A stretch of 31,447 nt of DNA. It comes from a virus. Its lineage: Duplodnaviria; Caudoviricetes. The notes beneath the pieces were generated by a model. It did not search any database. It saw nothing but the letters and a program-made list of their open reading frames with translations, and was not told the DNA's origin. Below, piece by piece: positions 7,541 to 15,564 of this stretch; position 1 is the stretch's first letter, and each line of letters begins with the position of its first letter. The stretch spans positions 1 to 31,447 of the IMG/VR virus record IMGVR_UViG_3300025694_000018; one strand, given 5' to 3'. The position numbers and the translations under genes are program-made.

Positions 7541-7990
7541 ATGAGTTTAGGATTTGACGCAATATCAGCATTACCATTTGCTACATCGGGACCCGATTCA
7601 GATGTATTAGTAAATGTAACAGGTAATAGTTTATCTATTACAATCGGTAGTGTAGGTATTATTGCTGATGCTGTTACAGAAAACTTAACTCCAAATCAAC
7701 TAGCATTAGGCACAGGAACTTTAACTATTACTGCAGATGCTAACCATACGGTTACAGGAAATGCAGTATCTTTAGGTATAGGTGCATTTACAATTAATAT
7801 TGATACTAATGTAACGCCTTCTGGAAACTCATTGACCTTGGCTACTGGAAATGTTACAATAACTGCTGACGCAAATGTAAGTCCTACTGGTTCAGGTCTA
7901 ACATTAGATACAGTAGAACCAGGGGTTATTACGTGGAACGATATAATACCAGGAGCAACAATGGTTTGGACACCAATCAAACCTTACTAA
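7541..7990 (+). CDS. Virion structural protein with short beta-repeats
   Basis: MSLGFDAISALPFA..., about five ~25-aa repeats (V.GN.L.L..G.VTITADA), terminal W..I...W.PI; Thr/Gly/Val-rich. Confidence 0.6.
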   Translation: MSLGFDAISALPFATSGPDSDVLVNVTGNSLSITIGSVGIIADAVTENLTPNQLALGTGTLTITADANHTVTGNAVSLGIGAFTINIDTNVTPSGNSLTLATGNVTITADANVSPTGSGLTLDTVEPGVITWNDIIPGATMVWTPIKPY

Positions 7991-7994
7991 AATT

Positions 7995-8762
7995 ATGGCA
8001 TCAACTTATTCAACAGATTTATCATTAGAACTAGTCACAACCGGTGAAAAAGCTGGTCTATGGGGCGCAATCACAAATACAAATTTACAACTATTACAAA
8101 CTGCAGCATCAGGTTTTGTTGAAGTAACGTTAAGTTCAGGCACAACTACATTAAGTTTAGCTGATGGGTCGTCGAGCGCGAATGGTAAAAACCTTTACAT
8201 TAAAGTAACAGGAACTTTATCTGGTAATGCTAGTTTAGCGATGCCTGCATCAACAACAGGTGGTAATGCTAACAGAGTATTTTTTGTAGAAGATGGAACT
8301 ACTAGAGGTGGAGCTGGTGACAGTTACACTGTAACTTTACTTACAACAGGTCAAAGTGCATCTACACAAGTGCCTCTTCCTGAAGGTGCAACAGCTTTAG
8401 TTTATTCTAGAGGTAGTGTACCAGCAACATCATTAGGAATGCTTGACAAAGGATTTACAACAGTAACAGCTGCAAGTAAAACTACATACACAGCAGTTCC
8501 TGGTGATCAAATAGGTGTAGATACAGTAGCTAATATTGTAACAATTACCTTACCTGCGGGAGCAGTTGGTGATGAAATAGTTATTATGGATGTGTCAGCA
8601 TCAAATGGTTTTGCAACAAACAAATGTGTTGTAGCACCAAATGGATCAGAAAAAATTCAAGGAACAGCTTCTTCAATAGATTTAACTACTAACAATCAAT
8701 CAGTCACACTTTTCTACACTGGTTCTAATAAGGGCTGGCAACTAAAGACTAATACAGCATAG
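7995..8762 (+). CDS. Tail fibre/tail-associated protein
   Basis: N-terminal MASTYSTDLSLEL..TGEKAGLWGAITNTNL anchor-like segment; the C-terminal domain matches the beta domain of the three Gly-rich fibres (ITLP...GDEIVIMD...SVTLFY...GW). Confidence 0.7.
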   Translation: MASTYSTDLSLELVTTGEKAGLWGAITNTNLQLLQTAASGFVEVTLSSGTTTLSLADGSSSANGKNLYIKVTGTLSGNASLAMPASTTGGNANRVFFVEDGTTRGGAGDSYTVTLLTTGQSASTQVPLPEGATALVYSRGSVPATSLGMLDKGFTTVTAASKTTYTAVPGDQIGVDTVANIVTITLPAGAVGDEIVIMDVSASNGFATNKCVVAPNGSEKIQGTASSIDLTTNNQSVTLFYTGSNKGWQLKTNTA

Positions 8763-8771
8763 GAGTAATTA

Positions 8772-10955
8772 ATGCTTACGAAAATTAAGTTTGCTCCTGG
8801 AATCGACAAACAAGATACAGCAGTTGGAGCAGAAGGTCGTTGGGTTGATTCAGATAATGTAAGATTTAGATATGGACTACCAGAAAAAGTTGGTGGTTGG
8901 CAATCATTACTTACAGATACTTTAGTAGGAATAGCTAGAAAACAACACGCATTTGTTGACCAAGATGGTAATAGATATGTAGCCATTGGTACAGACAAAT
9001 TTTTAATTATATATTTTGAAGGACAATTTTTTGATATTAGTCCACTTGCAACAGCAATTTCTGGTGCAACTTTTACTTTTAATGGAACAACATCAGTAAC
9101 TTTAACAACTTCTGCAGCACACAATATAAATGTCGGAGATATTATTCGTTTAACAGGAACAACTTTACCAGGGGGTACAACAGGAGTAACTACATCTACT
9201 TTTGATGATACTAACTTTCAAGTTTTATCTGTACCTACCTCTACAACTTTAACAATTCAAGCAGCGACAGCTGGTTCAGCATCTGCTGGTGGATCTGTTA
9301 CAATTAATCCTTTTGAAGTAGTAGGTCCTGCAGCACAATCCTATGGTTATGGTTATGGTGTTGGTAATTATGGTGGTACAATTACAGGTGCTGCTCAATC
9401 AACTTTAGACGGTGCGTTGGCCGCGGATACAAATGGTAACAATGGTTCAGCTACACAAATTAGATTAGCATCTACTACAGGTTTTCCTGCAACAGGAGGA
9501 ACGATTGCAGTAGGTAGTGAATTAATAACTTATACAGGTGTTGCTGGTGCAGAACTAACAGGTATTTCTAGAGCACAAAAAGGAACGTCTTCAGCAATAC
9601 ATAGTACTAGTGCTACAGTTACAAACGCTACAGAATTTACAGGATGGGGAGATGCAGTTGATGCAGGTACTATTACTCTTGAACCAGGACTTTGGTCCTT
9701 AAGTAATTTTGGTGATGTATTAGTTGCAACTATTGGAAATGGTAAAACATTTACTTGGGATTCTTCTATTGCAGCAAGACTATCTACAAGAGCTTCTACA
9801 ACTACATCAGGATTTCAAACTACAAACAATCCAACAGCTACAAGAACAACTTTAATTTCACCAACCACACGTCACTTAATTCATTTTGGAACTGAAACAA
9901 CTATTGGTAATCCTACTACACAAGATGATATGTTTATAAGATTTTCTGAAGATGAAAATATAAATGCATATGTTCCAGAAGCAACTAACACAGCAGGTAC
10001 ACAAAGAATACAAGATGGTACAAAAATTGTTGGAGCATTGGTTGCAAAAGAAAACATTCTAGTATGGACAGATAATGCACTATACACAATGAAGTTTGTT
10101 GGAGCTCCTTTTACATTTGGCTTTGAACAAGTTGGTACAAACTGTGGGTTGATAGGTAAGAATGCAGCAATTGAAATCGATGGTGTTGCTTACTGGATGG
10201 GTAATAATGGTTTCTTCTCTTTTGATGGTACTGTTAATACGTTACCTTGTAGTGTTGAAGATTATGTTTACGATGATGTTGATACTACAAAAGGTCAACA
10301 AGTAAACGCAGGTATTAATAACCTATTTACAGAAGTTACTTGGTGGTATCCAACCAGTGGATCAGAATTTAATAATAGATATGTAGTATTTAACTACGGT
10401 CAAAACAATGCAAGATTACCTATGGGTAATTGGTATACCGGCGTTAATACTAATTCTATTAGAACAACTTGGATTGATTCATTAGTATATCCAAGACCTT
10501 ATGCTACTGCTTTTAATAGTTCTAACACAGGAACTTTTCCTGTTGTACAAGGTGAAACAGGATTAGGTCAAAGCGTATTGTTTGAACACGAAACGGGAAC
10601 CGATCAAGTAAATCCAGATGGTAGTGTAACCACACTTACTTCTTTTATTCAATCATTTAGTTTTTCTTTGCAACCAGATCAAGCAGAAGTATTTTTAGCG
10701 ATGAGAAGATTTTTACCTAACTTCAAAGTATTAACTGGTAATAACCAAGTAACATTATCTATAAAAGATTTTCCATCACAAGATGATATAGAAACTGCAT
10801 TAAGTCCTTTTATAATAAATTCTAGTACCTTAAAGGTTGACACAAGAGCAAGAGGAAGATATGCAAATATAAAGATAGAAAATACTGGTGTAGGTGAGTC
10901 TTGGAGATTTGGTACGTTTCAAGTTGACATACAACCAGATGGAAGGAGAGGCTAA
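8772..10955 (+). CDS. Tail hub / packaged-DNA stabilisation protein (P22 gp10-like)
   Basis: MLTKIKFAPGIDK...WVDSDNVRFRYGLPEKVGGW; beta-propeller-like repeats (DDMFIRFS, ILVWTDNALYTM, NCGLIG..A, YWMG..GFF.FDG.V..LPC.V); C-terminal WRFG...DIQPDGRRG. Family assignment by recognition only. Confidence 0.7.
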   Translation: MLTKIKFAPGIDKQDTAVGAEGRWVDSDNVRFRYGLPEKVGGWQSLLTDTLVGIARKQHAFVDQDGNRYVAIGTDKFLIIYFEGQFFDISPLATAISGATFTFNGTTSVTLTTSAAHNINVGDIIRLTGTTLPGGTTGVTTSTFDDTNFQVLSVPTSTTLTIQAATAGSASAGGSVTINPFEVVGPAAQSYGYGYGVGNYGGTITGAAQSTLDGALAADTNGNNGSATQIRLASTTGFPATGGTIAVGSELITYTGVAGAELTGISRAQKGTSSAIHSTSATVTNATEFTGWGDAVDAGTITLEPGLWSLSNFGDVLVATIGNGKTFTWDSSIAARLSTRASTTTSGFQTTNNPTATRTTLISPTTRHLIHFGTETTIGNPTTQDDMFIRFSEDENINAYVPEATNTAGTQRIQDGTKIVGALVAKENILVWTDNALYTMKFVGAPFTFGFEQVGTNCGLIGKNAAIEIDGVAYWMGNNGFFSFDGTVNTLPCSVEDYVYDDVDTTKGQQVNAGINNLFTEVTWWYPTSGSEFNNRYVVFNYGQNNARLPMGNWYTGVNTNSIRTTWIDSLVYPRPYATAFNSSNTGTFPVVQGETGLGQSVLFEHETGTDQVNPDGSVTTLTSFIQSFSFSLQPDQAEVFLAMRRFLPNFKVLTGNNQVTLSIKDFPSQDDIETALSPFIINSSTLKVDTRARGRYANIKIENTGVGESWRFGTFQVDIQPDGRRG

Positions 10956-11122
10956 TGACTAAAGTTGTAGTAAGATTACCTGAACCTAAAAAAGAATATA
11001 GTGAAGATAATCAAAGACAAATTAACAGAGCGTTAACTACAATCATTGAACAATTAAACTCTACATACTTAACACAACTTAAAGAGGACTCGGAAAGATA
11101 TACGTGGTTCGGATTAGGATAA
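10955..11122 (+). CDS. 55-aa hypothetical virion-module protein
   Basis: TAATG overlap with the upstream stop; MTKVVVRLPEPKKEYSEDNQRQINRALTTIIEQLNSTYLTQLKEDSERYTWFGLG*; abuts ATG 11123. Not in the ORF track. Confidence 0.8.
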   Translation: MTKVVVRLPEPKKEYSEDNQRQINRALTTIIEQLNSTYLTQLKEDSERYTWFGLG

Positions 11123-11467
11123 ATGGCAAATATATATAAAAACCAAAAATTAGATTTAACAACTAACACAGTTACAACTTTATATACTGTAGCATCTAAC
11201 TCTAGAGCTATTGTAAAATCTATATTAGTTTGTGATGATACAAATAATGGTAGTGATATTACAGTTGACTTATTTGATGGAGATCCAGCATCAGCTAACA
11301 AATTTACTATATTTCAAAATAAAGCTATAGCAGGTAATGCTACAGAACAATTATTAAGTGAGCCTTTAATTATGCAAGAAAGTGAAGTATTACAAGTAAC
11401 CGCTGCAGATGCAAATAGATTGCACGTTGTAGCATCAATATTAGAAATCAACAGGGAGGACAGATAA
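11123..11467 (+). CDS. Small virion-associated beta-sandwich-like protein (114 aa)
   Basis: MANIYKN...TLYTV...AIVKSILVC...PLIMQESEVLQV...LHVVASILE; lies within the structural operon. Confidence 0.65.
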   Translation: MANIYKNQKLDLTTNTVTTLYTVASNSRAIVKSILVCDDTNNGSDITVDLFDGDPASANKFTIFQNKAIAGNATEQLLSEPLIMQESEVLQVTAADANRLHVVASILEINREDR

Positions 11468-11718
11468 TGCCGTTTGTAGAAACAGAAGCTTCAGTTAGGT
11501 ATGAAACAATTAATGGTCAAAGAGTACCAGTAATTACACCTAAAACAGAAGTAACATTAACTAACACAGAAACAGGTCAAGAATATATGTCAGATGCAGA
11601 AGCATTAGCAGACGTACAGAATGCCAGTACAGAAACTAAAGCAGAACACATCAGAAGAGATGTAAATGTGACTGTAGAAGAGATAAAGATAGGCGCTGGT
11701 TTTAATATCAGCGATTGA
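11467..11718 (+). CDS. Hypothetical protein (83 aa)
   Basis: SD GGGAGGA upstream, TAATG coupling. Confidence 0.75.
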   Translation: MPFVETEASVRYETINGQRVPVITPKTEVTLTNTETGQEYMSDAEALADVQNASTETKAEHIRRDVNVTVEEIKIGAGFNISD

Positions 11719-11743
11719 CGAATGGTTAAAAAGCCTGTAAATT
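11715..11743 (+). promoter_or_regulatory. Putative sigma70 promoter for ejection-protein genes
   Basis: TTGACG (11715-11720), 17 nt, TAAATT (11738-11743), in one of the few intergenic gaps. Confidence 0.55.
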
Positions 11744-11763
11744 GTGATACACTCGCCTATTTA

Positions 11764-11780
11764 CAAGTTTGGCAAACTTG
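11764..11780. promoter_or_regulatory. Perfect 8-1-8 palindrome (operator or RNA hairpin)
   Basis: CAAGTTTG-G-CAAACTTG between the promoter and ATG 11809. Confidence 0.45.
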
Positions 11781-11808
11781 CCGTTAATACATATTATAAA
11801 GAGAAACT

Positions 11809-13542
11809 ATGGGATTTTTAAAAAAGATAACTAGACCTATTTCAAGAGTACTAGATAAGATAGTACCGAATGAAATCAAACCAGCATTACCGTTTTTAGC
11901 TGCAGCCGCACCGTTTATGGCTCCAGGAATTATGGGTGCATTTGGTAATAGTATGTTATCCAGAGGATTGATATCTGGTGGTTTAAACCTTGGATCTCAA
12001 TTAGCTCAAGAAGGAAGTGACGGAGACTTTTCTGGTTTATCTACATTAATGGCAGCAGCTACCGGTGCGTTGTCTACTCCAGGAAGTGCGGGCGGAAGAA
12101 CAATTGGTGACACAGGAAAAAGTTATTCTCAATATATGGGTGGAGATAGTTTAGCTAGCACTGGAACTCAAAGTGCAGGAGATTTCTTTAAAAACAAAGC
12201 ACTTGGTATGGAACCAGGATTAACTAAAAGTGGTTTAGGTGCATTAGAAACAAGTTCAAATTATTTATCAGGTGTTAGTGATACTTTACAAAACAATCTA
12301 TTTAGTAAAGAAGGATTAAAAGCAGCATTAGTACCAGTAGGTCAAGGTATGACAGATCTAGCAGTAGCTGAAAACAGAAGAGCACTAAAAGATTATGAAA
12401 GAGAACAAGCTGACTATGAAGCGGGAATGGATGAAGAAAATTCAAACAGAGCATTTGCTATCAGACAATCTATGGAAGCTTATGGCTTTACAGAACAAGA
12501 AATTTTAGATGCAATAGAAGCAGCAGGATATAGAGCCGGTGGTAGAGTAGGATTAGCTAATGGTGGTGATCCAGGTCCTATGGGCAATCCAGCAGTTGTA
12601 ACAGAAATTGATAATATGAGAGAATTTAATATTACAGATCCTGATGTAGAAGATATACAATTTCAAGATATTAAAGAAACTGTAAAAGAAGTAGATAAAG
12701 ATAAAGTTAAATCTGATATATTTGGATTAGGAGATCCAGAGCTAGTATCAAAAGTTGGAGAAGATATTAATGAAGGAATATTATCTTTAAGTGATATAAT
12801 TACAGATAAAGATGGAAGTGTATATTTACCAATTCAATATTTAAGAAAACTAGGAGAAGATATGTTTTTTGGTGGTCAAAAAAATCCAGAACTACCTGAA
12901 AAAATGTATGATAAATTAAGTGATGAATATATTGAAGAAATGAAAAAGGTAAAAGAAAGAGGATATAAAGACGGCGGTAGAATCGGTCTTCAAGAAGGTG
13001 GAGCGTTAGCACCAATACTTCCACAAGCATCACAAATAACAGCACTAACACAACGACCCTTACTTGCAGGTTTGCAACCTTTACAACAAGCTCAAGCTGT
13101 TTTTCCTAGACTCAATCAATTAGAACAAGGTGTAGGCAGAGCTGAAGAAACTTTAGGAAGAATAAGAAGTAGATTAGGACCTGAACAAAAAGCACAGATT
13201 GCAGGTTTTCAACCTATGCTTCAACCTGCGTTAGGTTATCAACCACTAAATATGTTAAATCTAAACCGTGGTATAGGTATCAGCGCACTACAAAGTGGAC
13301 CTGAAGCACAAGGTATGAAAGACGGCGGATTAATGAATTTAGGTGGTAAAGAAATGGATATGAGAGGCGGAGGATTTATACCCATAGGTAAAAAAGAAAA
13401 AGCTGATGATGTACCAGCAAGATTATCAAAGAATGAATTTGTAATGACTGCCGATGCTGTAAGAGCAGCAGGTGGTGGAAGCGTTAATGAAGGAGCAAAA
13501 CGAATGTATGAAACAATGAACAGATTAGAGGCAAGAGCATAA
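11809..13542 (+). CDS. Putative ejection/internal virion protein (577 aa)
   Basis: Amphipathic N-terminus MGFLKKITRPISRVL, Gly/Ala-rich hydrophobic segment, repeated GYxxGGRxGLxxGG motifs, C-terminal KADDVPARLSKNEFVMTADAVR; located after the tail hub. Confidence 0.6.
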   Translation: MGFLKKITRPISRVLDKIVPNEIKPALPFLAAAAPFMAPGIMGAFGNSMLSRGLISGGLNLGSQLAQEGSDGDFSGLSTLMAAATGALSTPGSAGGRTIGDTGKSYSQYMGGDSLASTGTQSAGDFFKNKALGMEPGLTKSGLGALETSSNYLSGVSDTLQNNLFSKEGLKAALVPVGQGMTDLAVAENRRALKDYEREQADYEAGMDEENSNRAFAIRQSMEAYGFTEQEILDAIEAAGYRAGGRVGLANGGDPGPMGNPAVVTEIDNMREFNITDPDVEDIQFQDIKETVKEVDKDKVKSDIFGLGDPELVSKVGEDINEGILSLSDIITDKDGSVYLPIQYLRKLGEDMFFGGQKNPELPEKMYDKLSDEYIEEMKKVKERGYKDGGRIGLQEGGALAPILPQASQITALTQRPLLAGLQPLQQAQAVFPRLNQLEQGVGRAEETLGRIRSRLGPEQKAQIAGFQPMLQPALGYQPLNMLNLNRGIGISALQSGPEAQGMKDGGLMNLGGKEMDMRGGGFIPIGKKEKADDVPARLSKNEFVMTADAVRAAGGGSVNEGAKRMYETMNRLEARA

Positions 13543-14399
13543 TGGCTGAAACAACAACTATAACAAAACCAGCACCGGTAATAGAAGGTTCGCTTACCGC
13601 CTTTTTAAAATCAATTGATAAACTAGGAGCGGGTGCAATACCTGCTGGAGGTTTTACAGGAATAGATCCGTCTAAATACAAACCAACTATTGCTGACGAA
13701 TCACAATTACAACAATTTGCAAGAACACAAGCAGGTGGTTTAGGTTCTTTAATGCCTATGCAAGCTGGTGAAACAGCTCAACAATTTCAAGATAGACAAG
13801 CAGCTTTTCAATCTGCAAAAGCAGCAGGAACAGCAGGATTAGTAGGAGCAGATTCTTATCAAGCATTTATGTCTCCTTATCAAAGAGAAGTTATAGATGA
13901 AACTTTATCAGAGTTTGACAGACAACAAACCATTGCAGATACTGCTAGACGTGACCAAGCTATTCAAGCTGGAGCTTATGGTGGTGGACGAGAAGGTGTA
14001 CTTGCAGCAGAGTCTGCAAGAGGTGCAGCAACAAGTAGATCAAACCTACAAGCACAATTATTAGCACAAGGATTTCAACAAGCACAGGCAGCAGCAGCTA
14101 ATCAATTAGCAGCCCAACAAGGACTTGGACAATACCAACAGTCACTTGGTCAAGCAGGTCAAGCACAACAACAAGCTATATTGGATGCAGCAGCAGCAGC
14201 TGAAAGAGAACAACAGTTCCAACCATTCACACAACTAGGATTGATTGGTCAACAACTTGCACAAATTCAACCAGGCGCATTCCCTACACAAACAGTAGGT
14301 TACGCACCGCCAGCCGCTCCAGCTAGTCCATTAGCAACGGCTCTTGGAGTTGGTTCAGGTGTTGCGAGTATCGGTTCTAAATTAGGATTATTTGGATAA
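13542..14399 (+). CDS. Putative DNA transfer/pilot (ejection) protein (285 aa)
   Basis: Gln/Ala-rich coiled coil, FMSPYQREVID, AIQAGAYGGGR, hydrophobic Gly-rich C-terminus LGVGSGVASIGSKLGLFG. Confidence 0.65.
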   Translation: MAETTTITKPAPVIEGSLTAFLKSIDKLGAGAIPAGGFTGIDPSKYKPTIADESQLQQFARTQAGGLGSLMPMQAGETAQQFQDRQAAFQSAKAAGTAGLVGADSYQAFMSPYQREVIDETLSEFDRQQTIADTARRDQAIQAGAYGGGREGVLAAESARGAATSRSNLQAQLLAQGFQQAQAAAANQLAAQQGLGQYQQSLGQAGQAQQQAILDAAAAAEREQQFQPFTQLGLIGQQLAQIQPGAFPTQTVGYAPPAAPASPLATALGVGSGVASIGSKLGLFG

Positions 14400-15556
14400 T
14401 GAGTAGAATTTTAAGACGACCTATGTTTAGAGGTGGCCCGGTCGATAGTCGCGGATCGGGAATCACTAGTGGATTAGATAAACCTAAAAGAGGTTTAGTA
14501 AATGAACCAGGTGGTTATGCTGGTGAAAAAAGTGGTATGGATTTTTTAAAGAATGCATTAAATAAATATGTATTAGGATCTAAAACACAAATTGGAAATA
14601 CATCTCCATTTAGTGCAAATACTTTACCACAGAAAAGTTCTTTTGAACAAATGATATCTAATAATCAATTTGGTAATCAAGATCCAACTAAAGTTGAAGA
14701 TGTAACTATTGAAGATAAAATAGAATCATATACACCAAAAAATGAAGTAATTAGAGAAATTTTAGAAAGACAAAGCACTTATGTAGACGATGATGGTGTT
14801 GAAAGATCTACAACTACTGGAGAAGAAATTATTGTACCTTCTAAAACAACTCCTCAAGATGGATTTTTACCTACCCCAGGACCAGAAAAAGGAAGTGTAC
14901 CTAAAAAAACAATTACAGATAATTTATTAAGCAATGATAGTATTTTAAATAAACAAAATACAGCTAACGAAGAATTAACATTAGAAGAAATTAGAGATAC
15001 TCTTGGTTATAAAAAAGCATTTAGAAGAGATTTAGGAGATACTTTTGGTAGAGGAGCAGCAGCCTTTATAGGTGCAGAAAGTTTAACTGAAGGTGCAAAA
15101 AAATTCTTTGAATTAGAAAATCAATCAGGTCCAGGCAGAGCAGAAAAAATAGAAACAGCTGCAGCTACATTTATGCTTAAAGATAAAGCTCAAACTAAAA
15201 GAGACAAAGCTAATATTGAATTAATGAAATCTAAAATAGATTATCAAATAGAAGCAGGAGAAGATATAAGTCTACCCAAAGCTTTATTAGCTGCAAACAA
15301 AAGTGGTATGTTAAACAATAAAGAATTATCTGTAGGTATTCAAAGCGCAACATCTCCTACGACAGGTAAAAATTTTAACTTTAAAAAAGTAGTTACATTA
15401 GAAGAATTTAAAAATATTAAGGATGCTAAACCAGGAGATACTTTTGTTGTAAAAACAACAGTAAAAGACTCTACTACTGGAACAGAAAAAATACTTAAGA
15501 GTATTATAGAAATAGATTTAGACGGTACCCCACAGAGAATTTATAATATTGCATAG
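14399..15556 (+). CDS. Putative internal virion protein (385 aa)
   Basis: TAATG coupling; N-terminal MSRILRRPMFRGGPV; lies between the pilot-like gene and the large gene. Confidence 0.55.
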   Translation: MSRILRRPMFRGGPVDSRGSGITSGLDKPKRGLVNEPGGYAGEKSGMDFLKNALNKYVLGSKTQIGNTSPFSANTLPQKSSFEQMISNNQFGNQDPTKVEDVTIEDKIESYTPKNEVIREILERQSTYVDDDGVERSTTTGEEIIVPSKTTPQDGFLPTPGPEKGSVPKKTITDNLLSNDSILNKQNTANEELTLEEIRDTLGYKKAFRRDLGDTFGRGAAAFIGAESLTEGAKKFFELENQSGPGRAEKIETAAATFMLKDKAQTKRDKANIELMKSKIDYQIEAGEDISLPKALLAANKSGMLNNKELSVGIQSATSPTTGKNFNFKKVVTLEEFKNIKDAKPGDTFVVKTTVKDSTTGTEKILKSIIEIDLDGTPQRIYNIA

Positions 15557-15564
15557 GAGGATAA

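Noticed and set aside
11011-11301. Minus-strand 96-aa ORF (also 7696, 8714, 9881, 12800, 13484, 15504, 19743, 23246, 23496, 26409, 29012, 30626)
   Set aside because: Antisense to well-supported, tightly coupled plus-strand genes.
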